Source: a virus
Strand: one strand, 5' to 3'
Virus record (IMG/VR): IMGVR_UViG_3300045988_081432
Location: 1-64,000 of that record
DNA length: 64,000 nt
The notes under the pieces are model-generated. The model did no database searches. It was given only the letters and a program-made list of their open reading frames with translations, and had not been told where the DNA came from. Positions 58,204-64,000 of the stretch are shown in pieces; the first letter of the stretch is position 1, and every line of letters begins with the position of its first letter. The position numbers and the translations under genes are program-made.

Positions 58204-60369
58204 ATGCCTAAATATTCTGAAAATTTGAATCTAAGACTAGATGACCCTGTTGCCGACGTATCACAGTTGTCAAGAAACTGGTTTGAGGCTAACTTCGGAT
58301 ATACCGATAGTAACATGACCAAAATTGATTCTGCCTATAAAGCAATGAAAGATGATATAGCTGATACTCCAACAAAATCTGGCGTTGGAGCTACTGGTGA
58401 CTGGGATATCAATGTTACTGGCTCTGCCAATAGCGCTGTTCATGATGGAGTAGGAAACGACATCTCTTCTTCTTATATAACTGGTATATCAGTCGGAAAC
58501 ACCTCTATTACTTATACAAAAGGAGACGGAACCGACCAAGAAGAGACTATTAAAACAGATAAAACTTTGAGTATTAAAGGAATGGCTGCGGACGCAAAGG
58601 CAACGGGAGACTTGATTAAGAAATCTATCTATCCTACACTTGTGGTAAGTGTTACTGCTGGTTCATCTGTTACCGTTACGAAGGACTCTTATTCGTTCTC
58701 TGGTACTACTGACGACAAAGGCAAAGTAGAGTTTAACCTCCCCGCATTGGGACGATGGGATATTTCTGCAAGTCATAATGGTAGAACCGTAACCGACTTC
58801 ATTGATATTGATGTTCTTGCTAAAAGGTATACTATCAGTTTGGTATATTTTAACGCAAACTTAGTTGTTAGTGCTCCAACTAATGCCGTTGTGACTGCTA
58901 TTTCTGGACACTATCAGTATACTAAGACCTCTGGTTCTGAAGGAAACGCTACTTTTGACATTAATCACGCTGGCAATTATACTGTTACAGCCACAATGAA
59001 TACCGCCACTTCCAATCCTGTGCCTGTAGATATTACAGAAGATGGTGGCAATTATAGCGCCGAGGCAGTATTCCGCACTATTACAGTAACTTGTAACTCC
59101 GGTAGCTCTATTACAGTCCAAAAAGATGAAGAGGTCTTAACCGGTAATAGTACAGGCGTCCCTGTTAAATTTTATATTCCATCTACCGGCTCTTGGACTG
59201 TAACAGCAACGCTGGGTGAAAATGTCGCCCAAGAAGAAATTAACGTAGTAGACTTTACCGACTATCCTATTACACTAAATTATGCTAGAATTTTTGGTGT
59301 AGTATGGGCTTATTCTAATTCTTCTACCGCGCTTGCTCGTGTTACAAAAGCTAATGACCCGAATAACTATGTAAATACAGATATTACTACCAGTCCCTCT
59401 CCCGCTGTAGGTACTGGTTCTGGTAGTAGTCCATTTGACGATTATATGCCGTGGAAGGGTATGGACGAATATAACATCGTTAACGGTGTTGTTGGGGCAA
59501 AATATGGCGAAGCTGGATTCTCTCGTAGTTCTAACGATGTAATGGTATATATTCCTGAATTTTGGTATAAGGTCGTAGACAATGGTAGCGCAAGCAAGCG
59601 TTACTTTTACATTGCAAATAAGGCAACAGATGGATTCGAGAAACATCCTGGTTCTGGGCGCTATGTAGGTCGTTATAATACGTCTAACAATCGTTCCGTA
59701 TCTCCTTCGACGCCTTACATTAATATGAGTCGTGCATCTGCTCGTAATGGGGCAAGAGGCAAGGGAAACAAGTGGGCGCTATACGATTACGCTTCTTGGT
59801 GTGCTGTATGGTTACTTTATATAATAGAATATGCGGACTGGAACAGCCAGAGCAAAATTGGTAGAGGGTATGTAGATAACAACATCAATCTAATTGCTTC
59901 TGGCTATACTGACAGCATGACTTATCATACTGGACGTGTCTCTGGTTCTGATGGCTCTACCTCAGTGCAATATCGCCATATTGAGAACCCTTGGGGAAAC
60001 GTCTACGAGTGGATTGATGGCATAAACTTTAGTGGTAATGGAGTATATATTTGTACTGATATTTCTAAATACGCCGATGATACCGTCACAAACTATACTT
60101 ATGCCGGCGCTAAAACTCAATCTAGCGGATACATCTCTATGACTGGATATTCTTCCACATATCCATGGAGTTTTTATCCAACTAGTACCAGTGGCAGCGA
60201 AACAACATATATCCCTGACTACTTTTACTCTGGCGGCGGTTGGCGTGTTTTGTGTGTTGGTGGTGATTGGGACGGTGGGTCGAGGGCCGGTCTGTTCTAT
60301 TTCTATGCGGACGTTGGTTCTAGCAGCTCGAGCTCGAGCATCGGGGCGCGGCTCCTTTTCGTCCCCTAA
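58204..60369 (+). CDS. tail fibre / receptor-binding protein, DGR target with C-terminal C-type-lectin/FGE-like fold
   Basis: ATG 58204 lies 9 nt after AGGAG. Three Ig-like repeats (...GKVEFNLPALGRWDISASHNG; ...GNATFDINHAGNYTVTATMN; ...VPVKFYIPSTGSWTVTATLG). C-terminus NPWGNVYEWIDG...GGGWRVLCVGGDWDGG...IGARLLFVP carries the VR. Confidence 0.75.
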   Translation: MPKYSENLNLRLDDPVADVSQLSRNWFEANFGYTDSNMTKIDSAYKAMKDDIADTPTKSGVGATGDWDINVTGSANSAVHDGVGNDISSSYITGISVGNTSITYTKGDGTDQEETIKTDKTLSIKGMAADAKATGDLIKKSIYPTLVVSVTAGSSVTVTKDSYSFSGTTDDKGKVEFNLPALGRWDISASHNGRTVTDFIDIDVLAKRYTISLVYFNANLVVSAPTNAVVTAISGHYQYTKTSGSEGNATFDINHAGNYTVTATMNTATSNPVPVDITEDGGNYSAEAVFRTITVTCNSGSSITVQKDEEVLTGNSTGVPVKFYIPSTGSWTVTATLGENVAQEEINVVDFTDYPITLNYARIFGVVWAYSNSSTALARVTKANDPNNYVNTDITTSPSPAVGTGSGSSPFDDYMPWKGMDEYNIVNGVVGAKYGEAGFSRSSNDVMVYIPEFWYKVVDNGSASKRYFYIANKATDGFEKHPGSGRYVGRYNTSNNRSVSPSTPYINMSRASARNGARGKGNKWALYDYASWCAVWLLYIIEYADWNSQSKIGRGYVDNNINLIASGYTDSMTYHTGRVSGSDGSTSVQYRHIENPWGNVYEWIDGINFSGNGVYICTDISKYADDTVTNYTYAGAKTQSSGYISMTGYSSTYPWSFYPTSTSGSETTYIPDYFYSGGGWRVLCVGGDWDGGSRAGLFYFYADVGSSSSSSSIGARLLFVP
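60227..60357 (+). repeat. DGR variable region (VR)
   Basis: 131-bp copy of TR. 13 of the 14 mismatches are at TR adenines. Confidence 0.85.
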
Positions 60370-60394
60370 TGGGGGACTGGGGGTCGCAACCCCC
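60361..60394 (+). promoter_or_regulatory. two GC-rich hairpins immediately 3' of VR (candidate DGR target-recognition element and terminator)
   Basis: GTCCCC-TAATG-GGGGAC (60361-60377, spans the stop codon) and GGGGG-TCGCAA-CCCCC (60379-60394) followed by ATTTTT. No equivalent follows TR. Confidence 0.55.
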
Positions 60395-60530
60395 ATTTTT
60401 AATGATTATTTAGACGCTTTCGCTTGTTTTATCTAAATGGCTCCAAGATAAAACAGACTTTTTATATTTTGGGATTGTTTGTGCTGCGCCCGATGTTCTA
60501 CTAGGCATTCGACGCTAGTGGAAAACGCTG

Positions 60531-60661
60531 ACTCTGGCAGCGGTTGGCGTGTTTTGTATGTTGGTGGTGATTGGAACGGTGGGTCGAATGCCGGTCTGTT
60601 CTATTTCAATGCGAACAATGATTCTAGCAACTCGAACTCGAACATCGGGGCGCGGCTACTT
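60531..60661 (+). repeat. DGR template region (TR)
   Basis: Invariant, adenine-bearing copy with AAC/AAT codons in the VR frame. Lies directly upstream of the RT. Confidence 0.85.
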
Positions 60662-60784
60662 GTTTATTCTCCGTTTATTATCGCACAAACTCTCCCGCAC
60701 CACTTGGTGAAAATATTGCCAATTAGGAAGCGAATTAGTAGGTTTATTCTCGAAAATTTGCGCGGCAAACAAGGAGATGTTTTT

Positions 60785-61945
60785 ATTCCTAAAAGAAAAG
60801 GTTATTTATATGAAAAAATGCTAAATAAAGAGCAAATTCGCTTTATCATTCAAGAAGCGGCAAGAGGGAAAACAAATAGAAGAGAAGTTCGCCGTGTATT
60901 GAAAAATTTAGATTTATATGTAGACAAAACATACGAGATGCTGGTTACGGAGTCGTTTAAGCCATCTGTCCCGCATGAAAAAGAAATCTATGACGTAAGC
61001 AGTCAAAAGGTCAGAATTATCAAAACAGTACCATTTTGGCCTGATGGAATTATGCATTGGCTTATTGTTGATGCTCTAAAACCTATCTTTATGAAAGGTA
61101 TGTATGATTGGTCTTGTGCTTCTATTCCCGGAAGAGGCGGGGTAAAAGTCCAAAAGAAACTGCAAAAATTTATTAGAACAAGCAAAAAGGCTAAATATGC
61201 CGCCGAATTAGATGTCTCGAAATACTATCCGTCAATATCTACTGATACCCTAATAGAATTATTAAGAAGAAAAGTAAAAGATAAGAAAATGATTAAAATA
61301 GTTCAGGATATAGCGGAATCTTGCGGTGGAGGTCTAGCGATAGGATACTATATTTGTCAATGGCTGGCGAACTTTTATCTGGAATCACTAGACCATTATA
61401 TTGCATCTCTGCCCGGTGTAGATTGTTACACCAGATATATGGATAATATAACATTGATAGGGGCAAACAAAAAACTGTTACATGAAGCAAGAAGAAAAAT
61501 AGAAATGTTTTTAAAAGATAAATTGTCATTAAAACTAAAGGGAAATTGGCAAGTATATAGATTATCTTTTACAAGAAAAGTTTCCCAAAAACACCTTCTT
61601 CTAGACAAAAAACAACAAAGACTAAGAAAACCTAGGTTAGTATCTGCTGTTGGATGTAGATTCGCTAAGACATATACTATTGTAAGAAAGAGAAATTTTC
61701 TACGTTTAACCAGACAAAGCAGAAAAATTCAAAAGAAGCAAAACAAACATTTAAAAATATCTTTTAACATGGCGACGGGTTTTATAAGCAGAATCGCACA
61801 ATTAACAAGGTGCGACAGTCAATATGCCAAAGAAAAATACGTTTATTCAATAAACATGAAGCAATTAAAGGAGGTTATCAGAAATGAAAGTAAACGCAAG
61901 CTGTGCTCCAAACAAAAGCTTTCGTGTAGAGGAAATCCCGAATAA
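60785..61945 (+). CDS. DGR-type reverse transcriptase; start uncertain (ATT 60785 after AGGAG, or ATG 60818)
   Basis: RT motifs in order: AARGKTNRREV, IPGRGG, ELDVSKYYPSI, GLAIGYYICQWLANFYL (DGR-like IGxxx[S/C]Q), YTRYMDNITLIG (YxDD position). The track ORF from 60479 simply reads through TR. Confidence 0.8.
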   Translation: MPKRKGYLYEKMLNKEQIRFIIQEAARGKTNRREVRRVLKNLDLYVDKTYEMLVTESFKPSVPHEKEIYDVSSQKVRIIKTVPFWPDGIMHWLIVDALKPIFMKGMYDWSCASIPGRGGVKVQKKLQKFIRTSKKAKYAAELDVSKYYPSISTDTLIELLRRKVKDKKMIKIVQDIAESCGGGLAIGYYICQWLANFYLESLDHYIASLPGVDCYTRYMDNITLIGANKKLLHEARRKIEMFLKDKLSLKLKGNWQVYRLSFTRKVSQKHLLLDKKQQRLRKPRLVSAVGCRFAKTYTIVRKRNFLRLTRQSRKIQKKQNKHLKISFNMATGFISRIAQLTRCDSQYAKEKYVYSINMKQLKEVIRNESKRKLCSKQKLSCRGNPE

Positions 61946-62282
61946 GCCCGGGTTTGCTCTTGCGCGGTTTTTTGAAAATGTAGTGGAAAATGAAAAAAAG
62001 ATTGATGACAAAACTATTAAGGAATATAACTATGATGAATATCATTTAATTATGCCTTATTATGACAATATAGAAAAAGATGTTTCTGCAAACATTGAGA
62101 ATTTAATGACTCAAGCAAAATACGAAGAGGAAGAGAAAAATACAATTCCTAATCTCAAAGGCCAAATTAGTGAGCTAGAAAAACAAAAATCTAAACTTGA
62201 AGAGCAGACAACGGATATGCAACTTGCTCTATGTGATGTATATGAGCAAATGTTATCTGTTACTTCTACCACAAAGGAGTGA
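61884..62282 (+). CDS. hypothetical acidic coiled-coil protein overlapping the RT 3' end
   Basis: Strong RBS AAAGGAGG 9 nt upstream of ATG 61884. 62-nt overlap with the RT ORF. Confidence 0.55.
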   Translation: MKVNASCAPNKSFRVEEIPNKPGFALARFFENVVENEKKIDDKTIKEYNYDEYHLIMPYYDNIEKDVSANIENLMTQAKYEEEEKNTIPNLKGQISELEKQKSKLEEQTTDMQLALCDVYEQMLSVTSTTKE

Positions 62283-62288
62283 TTTGTA

Positions 62289-62411
62289 ATGCCTAAAATT
62301 TATGCAGAACTCATTCGTAAAGGATTCAAAACTATTGACGATGTTCCTGTTTCTATCAGGGAAGAAGTAGAAAAGATTCTCGCAGAGAGCACTCATTGTG
62401 CGCTCTCTTGA
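62289..62411 (+). CDS. small conserved phage protein, paralog 1 (40 aa)
   Basis: MPKIYAELIRKGFKTIDDVPVSIREEVEKILAESTHCALS. RBS AGGAG. Paralogous to 62453-62545. Confidence 0.5.
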   Translation: MPKIYAELIRKGFKTIDDVPVSIREEVEKILAESTHCALS

Positions 62412-62452
62412 ATTTATTTGTTAAATTATTTATAAGAAAAGGAGATAATATT

Positions 62453-62545
62453 ATGGCTATTATTTATGCTACTCTAATTGTTAAAGGTAAAAAGACTATT
62501 AACCAAGTCCCCGCAATCATTCGTGAACAGGTAAAGAAATCCTAA
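62453..62545 (+). pseudogene. small conserved phage protein, paralog 2, apparently frameshifted at an A-run
   Basis: MAIIYATLIVKGKKTINQVPAIIREQVKKS* as written. The -1 frame from 62539 continues ILKDLEVEI and stops at TGA 62566-62568, overlapping the lysin ATG. Confidence 0.4.
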
Positions 62546-62567
62546 AGGACTTGGAAGTTGAGATTTG

Positions 62568-63509
62568 ATGAAAAATATTATAGATATTTCTTATGCTCAA
62601 GGTAAAATTTCTGATGCGCAATGGAAATATTTCAAAGAGAATCTAACTGGAATTATTATTCGCTTTGGTTATCGCGGGTATTCTAATGGGAATATAAAAC
62701 TTGATAAATGCTTAGATTATAACGTATTTAAGTGCCAAGAATATAATATCCCGTATGGGTTATATATATTTTCTCAAGCCATGGACAAGCAAGAAGGTAT
62801 TGAAGAGGCCAACGCAATAATCTCATCTGAATACTTCAATAATGCAACTCTCGGTATTTGGTTTGATTCAGAATTAGCCGATGATGGGAATGGTAGAGCA
62901 GATAACATTTCCGTTGAATCTCGCACAGAGGCAACAAAAGGATTCTGTGATACTATTATTCTTGCAAACAAGAAAACCGGAATTTATGCTTCTTCCAGTT
63001 GGTTCATTTCCAGACTAGATATGAGTAAACTGCAATACCCAATTTGGGTGGCACACTACGGGAATGATTATTCTTATAAAAAAAATGTTGTATTGTGGCA
63101 ATACTCTAGCTCTAACCCTATGCTTATTCCGGGGTTTGCAAAACTTGACTGTAATAAGATTGTTGATGAATCTTTCTTTAATAATTCGAGTCCCGTTCTT
63201 GCTAAATCAAAGAAATATTTTATCCAACAAATTCAAAAAGCTCTCGGTGTTAAAGCGGACGGTATTTTCGGCCCAAAAACATTAGCAGCTACAATTACAG
63301 TCAGCAAAACTAAGAATAGAAAGCATCCTGTTGTAAAAACATTGCAGGAATACTTGAATTATTTAGGGTATAACTGCGGTGCGGCAGACGGGATTGCTGG
63401 TGTTAAATTTGATAACGCCGTGAAACAATTTCAGAAAGAGCATGGATGTATTGTCGATGGAGAGCTAACAGCACAAAAAACTACTTGGAAAAGAATTTTA
63501 ACAATTTAA
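62568..63509 (+). CDS. endolysin: GH25 muramidase plus two PG_binding_1-like repeats
   Basis: N-terminus IIDISYAQGKI...GIIIRFGYRG...YGLYIFS (GH25 pattern). C-terminus KALGVKADGIFGPKT and LGYNCGAADGIAGVKFDNAVKQFQ. Confidence 0.8.
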   Translation: MKNIIDISYAQGKISDAQWKYFKENLTGIIIRFGYRGYSNGNIKLDKCLDYNVFKCQEYNIPYGLYIFSQAMDKQEGIEEANAIISSEYFNNATLGIWFDSELADDGNGRADNISVESRTEATKGFCDTIILANKKTGIYASSSWFISRLDMSKLQYPIWVAHYGNDYSYKKNVVLWQYSSSNPMLIPGFAKLDCNKIVDESFFNNSSPVLAKSKKYFIQQIQKALGVKADGIFGPKTLAATITVSKTKNRKHPVVKTLQEYLNYLGYNCGAADGIAGVKFDNAVKQFQKEHGCIVDGELTAQKTTWKRILTI

Positions 63510-63520
63510 TCCAAATATTA

Positions 63521-63562
63521 AGAGAGACGTGTCGAATGACATGTCTCTCTTTTTTTTTTTTT
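63521..63562 (+). terminator. Rho-independent terminator ending the late operon
   Basis: 13-bp stem AGAGAGACGTGTC/GACATGTCTCTCT, loop GAAT, then T12. Confidence 0.85.
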
Positions 63563-63568
63563 GGCGTT

Positions 63569-63835
63569 TTAAATTTCTATAGCAATAGATTTAGCAACAC
63601 ATTCTGGCTGACTATATTCATAGTCACAAGCAAGCAATTCTGATTTACCTGTTTCCAAATTAACACCAAGATAAGAAGAATAGTCCCTGTTAGAACAATA
63701 GCCGTAGTTTTCTCTAAAGCCTCTATGGTTTATAGATTTAATATACCATTTATCATTAAACTTAAAAACGGTTCCACATTCTAAGTCTCTAATTCTGATT
63801 TCATCTAAAGATGACTTTTCCATTATATTTGCCAT
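63569..63835 (-). CDS. hypothetical protein
   Basis: 88-aa ORF convergent with the late operon. Confidence 0.5.
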   Translation of the reverse strand: MANIMEKSSLDEIRIRDLECGTVFKFNDKWYIKSINHRGFRENYGYCSNRDYSSYLGVNLETGKSELLACDYEYSQPECVAKSIAIEI

Positions 63836-63845
63836 AAATTTAATC

Positions 63846-64000
63846 TCAAGTGCATGGATACCAAGCCTTGTTCAGTTCAAGTGTGGGAATGTTGTAATCT
63901 TTTGCGGCATCATGTTCAATACGACACCCACGAGCATTCTCCCATCCATCCATAAACACAGCAAGGTCTGCTTTGGCAAGAACTTCAAGAGAACGCCCAA
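63846..64000 (-). CDS. partial CDS (5' end outside the window), DUF4406 / nucleoside-deoxyribosyltransferase-like C-terminus
   Basis: Minus-strand translation ..GRSLEVLAKADLAVFMDGWENARGCRIEHDAAKDYNIPTLELNKAWYPCT*. The GWE.(S/A)RG...E motif resembles DUF4406 (recollection). Confidence 0.4.
   Translation of the reverse strand, partial: GRSLEVLAKADLAVFMDGWENARGCRIEHDAAKDYNIPTLELNKAWYPCT

Noticed and set aside
60479-60784. The N-terminal 100 codons of the 488-aa track ORF as genuine RT coding sequence
   Set aside because: This part is simply TR read in the VR frame, with a TTG start and no RBS. RT homology begins around residue 103-114, and a good AGGAG precedes 60785.

Overview
AT-rich tailed dsDNA phage or prophage segment with Firmicutes-style signals (AGGAGG-type RBS, TTGACA/TATAAT promoters, stem-loop plus T-run terminators). 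All calls were read by eye from the sequence and ORF track; no searches were run.

Layout:
- 1-7901, minus strand: early and nucleotide-metabolism operon. It holds small hypothetical genes, a Panacea/DUF4065 protein, an FTR-like Cys protein, nrdG, and nrdD interrupted by a LAGLIDADG intein.
- 7902-8605: divergent control region. Two consensus minus-strand promoters, one plus-strand promoter, shared GATTACAA boxes and a ~280-bp almost pure A/T tract containing (AT)14.
- 8606-22351, plus strand: a YonO/RDR-like two-barrel RNA polymerase, ClpP, HU, a tRNA-Met(CAU), many small ORFs and an agr-like (agrD-like plus agrB) module.
- 22655-63509, plus strand: packaging, head, tail and lysis genes. terL is split by a group I intron. 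A ~2100-aa tape measure gene is split by two group I introns, one carrying a LAGLIDADG homing endonuclease. A RecU/tyrosine-recombinase/nuclease island sits inside the tail module.
- 58204-61945: a diversity-generating retroelement (VR at the tip of a tail fibre, TR, RT) with no recognisable Avd.
- 62568-63509: GH25 endolysin.
- 63569-64000: two minus-strand genes, the last one partial.

Strongest second-look items: the Avd-less DGR with a YMDN RT motif, the phage agr-like module with a non-Cys AgrD-like peptide, the RDR/YonO-like RNA polymerase, and the three introns plus one intein. Several recurrent non-coding motifs are also worth checking: TGTTAAATT, a covarying hairpin, a 76-bp direct repeat and a 21-mer.
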